This document shows, in pieces, positions 39,410 to 48,915 of a DNA stretch of 64,000 bases. Position numbers and translations under genes: made by a program. Origin of the DNA: Pedobacter sp. (lineage in GTDB: Bacteria > Desulfobacterota > Desulfuromonadia > Desulfuromonadales > Syntrophotaleaceae); contig JBFWJC010000001.1 of assembly GCA_050253415.1 (NCBI GenBank), positions 1,608,679 to 1,672,678 on the forward strand, written 5' to 3'. Under the pieces are notes generated by a model. That model searched no databases and had not been told where the DNA came from. It saw nothing but the letters and a program-made list of their open reading frames with translations. Position 1 is the stretch's first letter. Each line of letters opens with the position of its first letter.

Positions 39410-40462
39410 TCAGACCAGCGTAACGGTAGGTTCGCCTTCTTCAGCACTTTTGGCGATTTCACCGATAATGAAAGCGGTCTCTTTGAGGCCGGAGAGGCGT
39501 ACCATGATTTCTTCCGCTTCCGCCTCAGGCACCACCAGTACCATACCGATACCGTAGTTGAGGGTCCGGTACATTTCTTCTTCGTCGATATTGCCGGCCT
39601 TGCGCAGCAATTCAAAGATGGGGGGCTTGGGCCAGCTATCCTTGTTGATAATGGCCTGGCAGTTGTTCGGCATCATCCTGGGGATATTTTCCACCAGACC
39701 ACCGCCGGTGATGTGTGCCATCCCTTTGATCTGGAAGTCGCGCAGCAGGTTGAGGATGGTCTTGACGTAAATCCGGGTCGGGACCAGCAGTTCCTCGCCT
39801 ATGGTTTGCTCGAGCTCTTCGACTCTGGAATCAACGCTCAGGCCGAGGTGTTCAAACAACACCTTGCGTGCCAGGGAATAGCCGTTGGAATGCAGGCCGC
39901 TGGAGGCCAGGCCGATGAGGCGGTCGCCGACGGTGATGCTGGAACCATCAATGATATTGTTGTTGTCGACGATACCGACGGTGAACCCGGCCAGATCGTA
40001 CTCGCCTTCGGAGTAAAATCCTGGCATTTCCGCGGTTTCTCCGCCGATCAAAGCGCAACCGGCCTGGATGCAGCCTTCTGCTATGCCCTTGACGACTTCC
40101 TGGGCCTTTTCAGGCGAAAGCTTGCCGGTGGCCAGGTAATCGAGGAAAAACAACGGCTCGGCGCCTTGCACTACGATGTCGTTAACGCACATGGCTACCA
40201 GGTCGATGCCGACAGTGTCGTGCTTGTCCATCATGAAGGCTAGCTTGAGCTTGGTGCCGACGCCGTCGGTGGAGGCTACCAGGGTAGGTTTTTTGTACTT
40301 GTCGGCATGCAGTGAAAACAGGCCGCCAAACCCTCCGATGTCGGTGAGTACCTCCGGGCGGGACGTGGCTTTAACCAGAGGTTTGATGAGTTGTACAAAA
40401 CGGTTGCCTGCGTCGATATCAACACCGGCATCTTTATAGGTCATTTTTTTCGGGTCGCTCAA
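39410..40462 (-). CDS. purM: AIR synthase
   Basis: YKDAGVDID, GGFGG, TDGVGTK, GIDLVAMCVND, GGETAEMPG, SSGLHSNGYSL, HITGGG. Confidence 0.97.
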   Translation of the reverse strand: MSDPKKMTYKDAGVDIDAGNRFVQLIKPLVKATSRPEVLTDIGGFGGLFSLHADKYKKPTLVASTDGVGTKLKLAFMMDKHDTVGIDLVAMCVNDIVVQGAEPLFFLDYLATGKLSPEKAQEVVKGIAEGCIQAGCALIGGETAEMPGFYSEGEYDLAGFTVGIVDNNNIIDGSSITVGDRLIGLASSGLHSNGYSLARKVLFEHLGLSVDSRVEELEQTIGEELLVPTRIYVKTILNLLRDFQIKGMAHITGGGLVENIPRMMPNNCQAIINKDSWPKPPIFELLRKAGNIDEEEMYRTLNYGIGMVLVVPEAEAEEIMVRLSGLKETAFIIGEIAKSAEEGEPTVTLV

Positions 40463-40501
40463 GGGAACCTCTCTTCTCTTTGGTAAAAAGTATGACGCCC
40501 A

Positions 40502-40530
40502 TTTTTAAATCAACCCTTTTAGGTTGTCAA
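40502..40530 (-). promoter_or_regulatory. Putative sigma70 promoter of purM-purN
   Basis: Perfect TTGACA, 17-bp spacer, TAAAAA, about 40 bp upstream of purM. Confidence 0.45.
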
Positions 40531-40679
40531 CGGCAAAGTCCCATCTAGCTGACGATGTCTTGGCTCTTTACAGACCCGAGCCGGTGCTTTATCATTCGCT
40601 GAATATATATTTATCCGCATAGTTTAACCGTGATTTGGGGGTGCGGTTCTGTTTTTTCACCAAAAAGGAGTTTTTTTAT

Positions 40680-41144
40680 ATGTCTGCCTTTGAATCGGAG
40701 GGTTTTTCTATCCGTGCCATGCTGGCAGACGATCTTGACGCAGTCCTTGCGCTGGAAAGGCGCTGCCATGTCAGCCCGTGGTCCGCACAGCTTTTTGAAG
40801 AAGAACTGTCCAGGGATTATGCCACGGTTGATCTGTTGTGGCAGTCGGAACGACTCGTCGGGTATCTCTGCAGTTGGCAGATTTGTGATGAACTGCATAT
40901 TCTTAATGTTGCCGTAGATCCTTTGTTTCGTCGCCGCGGACTCGGAGGTCTGCTGCTCAGGCATGTTCTGGAACGCAGCGGCGCAAGCGGTTGTACACGG
41001 GCCTTGTTGGAGGTGCGTGCCGGTAACAACGGTGCCATTTGCCTTTATCAGGGGTTTGATTTCAAAATTATCGGACGCCGGACAAAATATTATCCGGATG
41101 GCGAAGATGCACTGGTCATGGAGCGAGAGATCTCCTGCGATTAG
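40680..41144 (+). CDS. rimI: Ribosomal protein alanine N-acetyltransferase
   Basis: PWS, ELHILNVAVDP..RRRGLG, LEVRAGN..AI.LY..GF..R..YY..EDALVM; AAGGAG RBS. Confidence 0.93.
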   Translation: MSAFESEGFSIRAMLADDLDAVLALERRCHVSPWSAQLFEEELSRDYATVDLLWQSERLVGYLCSWQICDELHILNVAVDPLFRRRGLGGLLLRHVLERSGASGCTRALLEVRAGNNGAICLYQGFDFKIIGRRTKYYPDGEDALVMEREISCD

Positions 41145-41246
41145 TTTGCCCCGTGGGGAGTCCATTCAATTTCGGTTTTTGCAATCCGGGCATTGAGTTT
41201 GTTCGCCCGGATATTTTACCAGATACCAATAACAGCGGGATAGCGT

Positions 41247-42107
41247 ATGCAGAATTACAATACAACCATCCTTTCCAATCAGGAACTTTCGCCCGGTTAT
41301 TATCGTATGCGGATTCTTGCGCCGGGTTTTGTCGCGGCCTCCAAGCCCGGGCAGTTTCTGATGATCCGGGTCAGCGGAGGTCTGGAACCGTTACTCCGAC
41401 GCCCCTTCGGGATCTTTCGTACCGGTTTTTTACCGGCGGACTGTCAAGGTTTGCCGGACAAAGAATATGTGGAGATACTCTACAAGGTCATCGGTAGCGG
41501 TACCACTATTCTCAAGGATTTGCACCAGGGCGATCGTGTGGAGTTACTGGGCCCGCTGGGCAACGGTTTCGATGTTCAGCCTGCTGCAGAGCAGATTCTG
41601 GTTGGGGGTGGTATCGGTCTGGTGCCTCTTTATATGCTGGCGCGCCAGCTGGTAAAGACCGGCAATGTCCGGTTGTTGATGGGAGGCCGCTGCCGGGATG
41701 ACATTCTGGCGGTTACCGAGTTTGAGCGCCTGGGGGTGGCCACTTACGTCTCCACGGATGACGGTTCGCTGGGTGAGGAAGGCCTGGTAACCGATGTGTT
41801 GCAGCGCAAGCTCGATAAATTTCCCCAGGCCATGGTCTATGCCTGTGGGCCCATGCCGATGCTACGAGCCGTACACGAACTCTGTGATGTCCGCAAGGTG
41901 CCGCTGCAAGTCTCTCTGGAGGCTTTTATGGCGTGTGGTGTCGGAGCCTGCCTCGGCTGCGTGGTCAAAGGTGCCGGTCATACCGAATCGGACCCGCATT
42001 ATCTTTGCACATGCAAGGAAGGGCCGGTATTCCGGGCCGATCAGCTGGAATGGGATAAGTTGGAAGCCGGACATGATGAATGCGGCTGTGAGGAGGGTAA
42101 GGCATGA
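41247..42107 (+). CDS. pyrK: Dihydroorotate dehydrogenase electron-transfer subunit
   Basis: [36 protein letters not shown]...C.EGPVF [2Fe-2S] motif. Confidence 0.93.
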   Translation: MQNYNTTILSNQELSPGYYRMRILAPGFVAASKPGQFLMIRVSGGLEPLLRRPFGIFRTGFLPADCQGLPDKEYVEILYKVIGSGTTILKDLHQGDRVELLGPLGNGFDVQPAAEQILVGGGIGLVPLYMLARQLVKTGNVRLLMGGRCRDDILAVTEFERLGVATYVSTDDGSLGEEGLVTDVLQRKLDKFPQAMVYACGPMPMLRAVHELCDVRKVPLQVSLEAFMACGVGACLGCVVKGAGHTESDPHYLCTCKEGPVFRADQLEWDKLEAGHDECGCEEGKA

Positions 42108-43048
42108 ACGATCGCAACCGTGAAAATATCAAACAGCCCAATCTGGCAGTAGAAATCGCCGGCTTGCGGCTTAAAAATCCTGTTATGCCTGCCTCCGGAA
42201 CCTTCGGTTACGGCCAGGAATATGAACCCTTTTTTGATCTTGACGAGTTGGGGGCTATTGTTACCAAGGGACTGTCCCTGAATCCCAAAGCGGGTAACCC
42301 GACGCCGCGCATTGCAGAAACGACCAGTGGTATGCTTAATGCCATCGGTTTGCAGAATGTCGGGGTTGAGGCATTTATCCGCGATAAAATGCCCTTTCTC
42401 CGGCAGTATCGCACCCCGGTTATCGCCAATTTTTTTGGTAATTCCCTGGAAGAATACGGCGAAATGGCGCGGCGCTTGTCCGATTTGCCGGAAGTGGCGG
42501 CTGCTGAACTTAATATCTCCTGTCCCAATGTTAAAAAAGGCGGCATCGTGTTCGGTACCGATCCGCAGGCCGCCGCCGAAGTGGTGTCGCTGGTGCGGCG
42601 CCATTTGAGCAAGCCCCTGATCGTCAAATTGACCCCCAACGTGACCGACATTACGGTCATGGCCCGGGCGGTCGAAGAGGCTGGGGCGGACGCCATCTGT
42701 TGTATCAATACCCTCACCGGGATGGCGGTCGATGTGCGTCGACGCAGCCTGCGCCTGGCGAATTTGACCGGAGGCCTTTCCGGTCCGGCGATTCGTCCTG
42801 TGGCGGTACGCATGGTTTACCAGGTGGTACAAGCGGTAAAGGTGCCGGTTATCGGGGTGGGCGGCATCACCAAAGCCGAAGACGCGCTGGAGTTTTTGAT
42901 CGTCGGGGCTCGGGCGGTGCAGGTGGGTACGGCAAATTTTGTCGATCCCCAGGCTATGCCTAAAATCGTGGCCGGACTGCAGCAGTACTGCCGCGAGCAG
43001 CGGGTGGACGACATCAACGATGTCATCGGTTCCCTGCAGTTGCCCTGA
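42104..43048 (+). CDS. pyrD: Dihydroorotate dehydrogenase class 1B catalytic subunit
   Basis: [52 protein letters not shown]. Confidence 0.96.
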   Translation: MNDRNRENIKQPNLAVEIAGLRLKNPVMPASGTFGYGQEYEPFFDLDELGAIVTKGLSLNPKAGNPTPRIAETTSGMLNAIGLQNVGVEAFIRDKMPFLRQYRTPVIANFFGNSLEEYGEMARRLSDLPEVAAAELNISCPNVKKGGIVFGTDPQAAAEVVSLVRRHLSKPLIVKLTPNVTDITVMARAVEEAGADAICCINTLTGMAVDVRRRSLRLANLTGGLSGPAIRPVAVRMVYQVVQAVKVPVIGVGGITKAEDALEFLIVGARAVQVGTANFVDPQAMPKIVAGLQQYCREQRVDDINDVIGSLQLP

Positions 43049-43167
43049 TCTATGGCACCATATTGTTGGGAGGGACATCACTAAGCTGTTATGCTTGGAG
43101 ATATAAGGCCGCGAACATTGGGGTGGCGGCAGGCAGGCACATCTTCTCAGGGAGTCGTTGATCTTTC

Positions 43168-45822
43168 ATGGATGTCATAACCACGCACATCAATGCCGAT
43201 TTCGACTGCCTGGGGAGCATGATCGCCGCCAAAAGGCTCTATCCCGATGCCGTGATGGTCTTTGCCGGTGCTCAGGAACGCAGTCTGCGCGAGTTTTTCA
43301 TGCAGAGTGCGTATTATGCTTATGAATTCAAACGTATCAAGGATATTGACCTGGCGGCCATTAATCGACTGATTCTGGTTGATGTCTGCCAGGCGGAACG
43401 CATCGGTCCTTTCGGGGAGGTGGCCAAACGCCCCGATGTCGAAGTGCACATCTACGACCATCATCCCAATAAACCCCACGCCCTGCGGGGAGCCGTGGAG
43501 GAAATCCGTCCTGCCGGTTCCACCGTCACGATTCTGACCCACATATTCCAAAAGCGTGGTATTCATCCGACCCCGGATGAGGCCACCATGATGTTGCTGG
43601 GGTTGTACGAAGATACCAGCAAGTTGTTGTCCCATGCCACCGCTGCGGCCGATTACGAAGCGGCGGCCTATCTTGTGGAGCACGGTGGCAACCTCAATAC
43701 CGTATCCGATTTTCTGGTGCAGGAGCTGACTTCCGATCAGGTGGCATTGCTGCATAAACTGCTGCTGTCCTTGACGGCCATCAACGTCAACAGCATTGAT
43801 ATCCACATCGCCCATGCTTCCATCGATGATTTCGTCGGCGATCTCGCGGTGCTGACGCATAAAATCAAGGACATGAAGACGTTGAACGCCCTGTTCGTGG
43901 CGGTGCGCATGGGGGATCGTATTTTTATGGTCGGCAGGTCCCGCTTACCGGAGGTGCCCGCCGGTGACATCCTTGAGGAGTTCGGCGGCGGTGGCCATTC
44001 GTTTGCGGCCTCGGCCACGCTCAGGGACCTGACCCTGGTGCAGGTGCTTGACAAGCTGCCTGTAGTGTTGAGGCGGCATGTCAATCCCCACTGGGAAGCG
44101 CGTCACATCATGTTTTCGCCCGTCAAATCGGTGCAGAAAACAGATACCATCGCCCAGGTGCGGGAAATCCTTACCCGCTACAATATTAATGCCATGCCGG
44201 TACTTGATGGGGAGCAGGTGGTCGGTATCATTACCCGTCAAATCGTCGAAAAAGCCGCGCATCATCTGCTCGGGGACGTCCAGGTCGGTGAGTATATGAG
44301 TTTCGATTTTTCCTCGGTGGCTCCCGATACTCCCATGGAAGAACTTCAGGATCTGATTGTCGATCGTCATCAGCGGTTCGTGCCGGTTGTGGAGGGCGGC
44401 ATATTGGTCGGCGCCCTGACACGCACGGATCTTTTGCATCATCTGGTATCCGGTGCGGTAGCGCGCCGTCGTGTCGGCATTGGTGAACCGGGCAACGGTC
44501 TGACTCTCAAAAGACGCGTGGTCGGTCACCTGTTGCGCAATCAGCTTCGTGAATCGCTGCAAAAAACCCTGTCCAGTATCGGAAAAGTCAGTGATGCCCT
44601 GGGATGCAATGTATTTGTGGTAGGCGGTTTCGTGCGTGATTTGCTGTTGCGCCAGGAGAACTTCGACGTTGATATCGTGGTGGAGGGTGATGGTATCGCG
44701 TTTGCCGAGGAGTATGCCCGGCGTTATGGTTGCCGGGTGCGGGCGCATAAAAAGTTTGCCACGGCGGTACTGATTTTTCCGGACGGTTTCAAGGTGGATG
44801 TCGCTTCGGCACGCACCGAATATTATCTGGAGCCGGGCGCCCTGCCAACGGTTGAGACAGCCTCCATCAAGCTCGATCTGTACCGTCGCGATTTTACCAT
44901 CAACTCCCTTGCCATCGCATTGAATGGTCCCCATTTTGGCGAACTCCTCGACTATTTCGGTGGTCAGAACGACCTGCGGGAAAAAGCTGTTCGGGTATTG
45001 CACAACCTCAGTTTTGTGGAAGACCCGACGCGCATGTTTCGGGCTATCCGTTTCGAGCAACGGCTCGGGTTTCAGATGGGAAGGCATACCGAGCACTTGC
45101 TTAAAAGCGCGGTGCGCATGGGGTTCCTTGAAAAGATCAGCGGTCCCCGGGTTTTCAACGAGTTGATCCTTATCCTCAGGGAAACCGATCCATTACCGGC
45201 TATGAAGCGCCTTGACGAATTGGGTTTGCTGGCCATTATTCACCCGCAATTGTCGTTCAGGTCTTTGCTGAGCAGGATGTTTGCGGCTGCCAAGCGCGCC
45301 TACGACTGGTATGAACTACTTTATACCGGTGAGCGTTGCCATCGCTGGCAGGTGTTTTTTCTCTGCTTGTTCTCGGAGTTGGACAACCTGGAAGTTCAAC
45401 AGGTTGTCCAACGTTTGGGCATGCCGCCACGTCACGGAGAGTTTTTTGGCCCGGAGAGGGATGCGGCGCATCGCGTGATCAATCAGCTTGAATGGCGTTG
45501 TCAACAACGGCTGGATTTGCGCGACAGTGAAATTTTCAACCTGTTGAAAGATCTTCCGGTCGAAACCCTGCTGTATGGCATGGCTCGTGCCGAACATGAA
45601 GAAACCCGCCGTATTATTTCCCACTTTATTACGCATCTCCGGCAAATACACTGTCTGCTGGGAGGGCGTGATTTGCAGGCGATGGGGCTTGAACCAGGGC
45701 CCCTGTATCGGAAAGTGTTCCAAGGTCTGCTTACGGCCCGACTGGATGGAAAGCTTGTGACTCGTGAAGATGAAATTCAGTTTGTTGTAAAACGCTTTTT
45801 GGGGAATGACACCGAAAACTAG
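43168..45822 (+). CDS. tRNA nucleotidyltransferase with N-terminal DHH/DHHA1 and CBS domains (A-adding or CCA-adding)
   Basis: H.NADFD, DHH, GGGGHSFAAS, CBS pair, VGGFVRDLLL..DVDIVV, DLYRRDFTIN, EDPTR. Confidence 0.9.
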   Translation: MDVITTHINADFDCLGSMIAAKRLYPDAVMVFAGAQERSLREFFMQSAYYAYEFKRIKDIDLAAINRLILVDVCQAERIGPFGEVAKRPDVEVHIYDHHPNKPHALRGAVEEIRPAGSTVTILTHIFQKRGIHPTPDEATMMLLGLYEDTSKLLSHATAAADYEAAAYLVEHGGNLNTVSDFLVQELTSDQVALLHKLLLSLTAINVNSIDIHIAHASIDDFVGDLAVLTHKIKDMKTLNALFVAVRMGDRIFMVGRSRLPEVPAGDILEEFGGGGHSFAASATLRDLTLVQVLDKLPVVLRRHVNPHWEARHIMFSPVKSVQKTDTIAQVREILTRYNINAMPVLDGEQVVGIITRQIVEKAAHHLLGDVQVGEYMSFDFSSVAPDTPMEELQDLIVDRHQRFVPVVEGGILVGALTRTDLLHHLVSGAVARRRVGIGEPGNGLTLKRRVVGHLLRNQLRESLQKTLSSIGKVSDALGCNVFVVGGFVRDLLLRQENFDVDIVVEGDGIAFAEEYARRYGCRVRAHKKFATAVLIFPDGFKVDVASARTEYYLEPGALPTVETASIKLDLYRRDFTINSLAIALNGPHFGELLDYFGGQNDLREKAVRVLHNLSFVEDPTRMFRAIRFEQRLGFQMGRHTEHLLKSAVRMGFLEKISGPRVFNELILILRETDPLPAMKRLDELGLLAIIHPQLSFRSLLSRMFAAAKRAYDWYELLYTGERCHRWQVFFLCLFSELDNLEVQQVVQRLGMPPRHGEFFGPERDAAHRVINQLEWRCQQRLDLRDSEIFNLLKDLPVETLLYGMARAEHEETRRIISHFITHLRQIHCLLGGRDLQAMGLEPGPLYRKVFQGLLTARLDGKLVTREDEIQFVVKRFLGNDTEN

Positions 45823-45908
45823 CCGTAATGAACGTACTTGGTTGACGCAGCTGGCAGGCATTTGCTAAAAAGGACTGTTAAAGTATTTTTCTCCTCTTCT
45901 GGGTATTT

Positions 45909-46589
45909 ATGGATCTTTTTCTTCAAAAACTGTCGATCATGCTGGTGCCCGGACTGTTGGCCATTACAATGCATGAAGTGGCACATGGTTGGGTGGCAGA
46001 GCGTTTTGGTGATCCAACCGCTCGTCTGCTTGGTCGCTTGACCCTTAATCCCGTTAAACACCTTGACCCGATCGGCACCTTGTTGCTGTTTTTTATCGGT
46101 TTTGGTTGGGCTCGCCCAGTGCCGGTCAATCCGGGTAACTTAAGAGACCCCCGCCGGAACATGTTGTGGGTAGCTCTCGGCGGGCCGATTGCCAATCTCG
46201 GCCTGGCACTTTTGTCGGCCCTGGTACTGCGTGGGCTCGGTCGTTTACCGACAGGGTCCATGGGTAATATTGAGTCCATGGTACTCGAACCCTTGACTCT
46301 GATGGCTGCTTTCAGCCTGTATATAAACGTCGTGTTGGCGGTGATCAACCTTATGCCGGTGCCACCCCTTGACGGAGGCAGGGTGTTGATTGGCCTGTTG
46401 CCACAAAAGACTGCAGCGGTGGTGGCACGGCTTGAACCTTTCGGTTTTTTTATTGTTATTTTCTTGTTTTTTTTCTCACCGCTGTCGGAACGTGTATTAT
46501 TGCCCATCGTTGGTTCGCTGACAGCTTTCTTGGCCGGTCCTCAGCTGTCCCTCGTTCAGAAAGTGTTTGCTGTGCTGTTTAGGGCTTAA
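45909..46589 (+). CDS. Site-2 protease family (M50)
   Basis: HEVAH, NLMPVPPLDG, membrane segments. Confidence 0.92.
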   Translation: MDLFLQKLSIMLVPGLLAITMHEVAHGWVAERFGDPTARLLGRLTLNPVKHLDPIGTLLLFFIGFGWARPVPVNPGNLRDPRRNMLWVALGGPIANLGLALLSALVLRGLGRLPTGSMGNIESMVLEPLTLMAAFSLYINVVLAVINLMPVPPLDGGRVLIGLLPQKTAAVVARLEPFGFFIVIFLFFFSPLSERVLLPIVGSLTAFLAGPQLSLVQKVFAVLFRA

Positions 46590-46593
46590 TTAG

Positions 46594-47358
46594 ATGTCTT
46601 ACGAAGTTGAACTTGCGGTTTTCAAGGGTCCGCTTGATCTGTTGCTGCATCTCATAAAAAAACATGAGATGGACATCTATGATATCCCCATTGCCGAGAT
46701 TACAACCCAATATCTCGCTGCGTTGGATGCCCTGCAATCTCTCAATCTGGATATTGCCGGCGAATTTTTGGTCATGGCCTCGACGCTGGTACATATCAAA
46801 TCGCGTATGCTGCTGCCTCTCGATCCCGATCCCGATTCCGAGGAAGAAGAGACTGATCCCCGCGCGGAACTTGTGCATCGTCTGCTGGAATACCAGCGCT
46901 ATAAGGTGGCTGCCGTGGCGCTGGATGAATATGATATCCTTGGTCGCGACGTGTTTGCCCGTTCATGTGTTGAATCCGCGCTGGACGAGAAGAACGACGC
47001 CGAGCTCGAGCCGGTTGGCATCTTTGAGTTGGTCGAGGCCTTGCGGGATCTTCTCAAACAAACGCCGCCCGAACCGGTTCACGAGGTCATCAGGGAAAGA
47101 ATGTCCGTGGCAGAAAGGGTGTCCATGCTGCTTCAGGTTCTTGATGGGTGCCAAAGCTTGGCTTTTGAGTCCCTGCTGTCGGATCCGCCCACCCGCGAAG
47201 AGCTGGTGGTGACGTTTCTCGCGATGTTGGAGTTGGTAAAATTACGCACGGTTCGCATCATGCAAAATCAGCGTTGCGGTTCTATATGGTTGTTTCCCCT
47301 TGCACCCGATCCGGCCCGCGAACTGCCCTTGCAGGATGAAACTTTTGGATACTGCTGA
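46594..47358 (+). CDS. scpA: Segregation and condensation protein A
   Basis: F.GPLDLLLHLI, EFLVMASTL..IKSRMLLP, VVTFLAMLEL. Confidence 0.95.
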   Translation: MSYEVELAVFKGPLDLLLHLIKKHEMDIYDIPIAEITTQYLAALDALQSLNLDIAGEFLVMASTLVHIKSRMLLPLDPDPDSEEEETDPRAELVHRLLEYQRYKVAAVALDEYDILGRDVFARSCVESALDEKNDAELEPVGIFELVEALRDLLKQTPPEPVHEVIRERMSVAERVSMLLQVLDGCQSLAFESLLSDPPTREELVVTFLAMLELVKLRTVRIMQNQRCGSIWLFPLAPDPARELPLQDETFGYC

Positions 47359-47923
47359 ACTGAAATCTATCCTTGAAGCACTCTTGTTTGCCGCACCGGG
47401 GCCGGTGCGCCTTGAGCAATTGGCGCTTGCCGCCGAGGTTGATCCTGGACTGGTTGCGCCATTATTGGCTGAATTGGAGGAGGAATATCGTCGAACCTGC
47501 CGCGGTTTTGTGTTGGTCGCTTTGGCCGAAGGTTATCAGCTTCGCACCCGCCCCGAGCATGCTGAAATGGTACGACGACTTCAAAGCAGTCGTCCGGTGC
47601 GGATGTCTCGCGCTGCTTTGGAAGCTCTCGCCATCATTGCCTACCGTCAGCCTGTGACGCGGGCCGATATCGATTATTTGCGTGGGGTCGATTCCGGCGG
47701 GGTTGTCAAGAGCCTGTTGGATAAGCGGCTGGTGAGGATTGTAGGTAAGAAAGATATACCAGGTAGACCCTTGCTGTACGGTACGAGCCGAGAATTCCTG
47801 GAATTCTTTGGTTTGCAGTCTTTGGAAGATTTGCCTACCCTTAAAGAATTCACCGAACTGACCAAGGAAAGCGAAACCCTGCTGTTCGATTTCGAAGCGG
47901 GTCTCGAAGATGGAAAAACCTGA
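47336..47923 (+). CDS. scpB: Segregation and condensation protein B
   Basis: LEALLF, GYQLRT, LEALAIIAYRQPVTRADID..RGV, GRPLLYGT..FLEFFGL. Confidence 0.95.
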   Translation: MKLLDTAELKSILEALLFAAPGPVRLEQLALAAEVDPGLVAPLLAELEEEYRRTCRGFVLVALAEGYQLRTRPEHAEMVRRLQSSRPVRMSRAALEALAIIAYRQPVTRADIDYLRGVDSGGVVKSLLDKRLVRIVGKKDIPGRPLLYGTSREFLEFFGLQSLEDLPTLKEFTELTKESETLLFDFEAGLEDGKT

Positions 47924-48032
47924 TCTGATTATCTTATGATTCTGACAAGATGAAGCGGGCTGAAAAGAAGCTGAATTTGGTTACCTTTTGTCTGCAGCTA
48001 TCAACCCGAAGCCTTTTTTATATGCGAGATTT

Positions 48033-48743
48033 ATGAAACAGCGACTGCAAAAATTGATTGCCGGTGCCGGACTTGCTTCCCGGCGTAAGGCCGAAGAGTG
48101 GATAGCCAACGGTCGCGTAACGATCAATGGTGAAATAGCAGAACTCGGCGCGCAGGCAGATCCCGGAAAGGATCGCATTCTTGTTGATGGTCGCCCATTG
48201 CCGCAGGCTGAAGAGCCCGTTTGTCTGCTTATGTACAAACCGGTGGGGTATGTCACCAGCCTTCGGGATCCGCAGGGGCGTCCGGTGGTGACAGATCTGG
48301 TGCGCAACGTACAGGCTCGTTTGTTCCCTGTCGGGCGCCTTGATCTGAATACCGAGGGGTTGTTGCTGCTTACCAATGATGGCGATCTGGCCTGGCGTCT
48401 CAGCCATCCAAGCCATGAGGTCAGCAAGACTTATCTGGTGCGACTGCAGGGAGGCTTGTCGGCCGAGGCACGAAATGCCCTGGAAAAAGGGGTGCAGCTT
48501 GAAGATGGCTTGACGGCACCGGCGAAAGTGGCTCGAATCCGACAGTCCGGCAGTCATGCCTGGTTTGAGTTAACGATTCATGAAGGGCGCAACCGGCAAG
48601 TTCGGCGTATGTGTGAAGCGTTGGGATGTCCTGTGAGTCGCTTGAAGCGCATCCGTTATGCGTTTCTCGATTTGGAAGATCTGAAGCCTGGACAATGCCG
48701 TCAGTTGAGTCGCGACGAGGTGGCTCGATTGAAGAAGTTATGA
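48033..48743 (+). CDS. rluB: RsuA/RluB-family pseudouridine synthase
   Basis: S4 domain RLQKLIA..SRR, KP.G, VGRLDLNTEGLLLLTNDG, EGRNRQVRRM; follows scpAB. Confidence 0.88.
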   Translation: MKQRLQKLIAGAGLASRRKAEEWIANGRVTINGEIAELGAQADPGKDRILVDGRPLPQAEEPVCLLMYKPVGYVTSLRDPQGRPVVTDLVRNVQARLFPVGRLDLNTEGLLLLTNDGDLAWRLSHPSHEVSKTYLVRLQGGLSAEARNALEKGVQLEDGLTAPAKVARIRQSGSHAWFELTIHEGRNRQVRRMCEALGCPVSRLKRIRYAFLDLEDLKPGQCRQLSRDEVARLKKL

Positions 48744-48809
48744 AGGATAGCTGCGTGGCCGAAATTCCCATGTTTCGGCGTGGATGTGCAGGAGCTTCTT
48801 TTATTATGA

Positions 48810-48832
48810 AAAACAGGGGTTTTCCCTGTTTT
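48810..48832 (+). terminator. Inverted repeat, possible terminator after rluB
   Basis: aaaacaggg-gtttt-ccctgtttt. Confidence 0.45.
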
Positions 48833-48851
48833 GTAACGGTATCCGGCACGC

Positions 48852-48881
48852 TTGACAGGTTGAATGAAACTGGTTTAAATT
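48852..48881 (+). promoter_or_regulatory. Putative sigma70 promoter of the TPR-exeA pair
   Basis: TTGACA-N17/18-TTAAAT/TAAATT about 35 bp upstream of ATG 48916. Confidence 0.4.
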
Positions 48882-48915
48882 GCTTAACTGCACCATAAAC
48901 TTCAACAACGGGTGA

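Noticed and set aside
39382..39615. Long N-terminal extension of PurN overlapping purM; likewise ORF-caller extensions of waaF, hldE, miaA, PGM and 38126-38410
   Set aside because: Longest-ORF artefacts; downstream starts match family N-termini and mostly have better RBS
43054..43068. Sigma54-like TGGCAC-N4-TTGT upstream of the tRNA nucleotidyltransferase
   Set aside because: The -12 element lacks the conserved GC; likely a chance match
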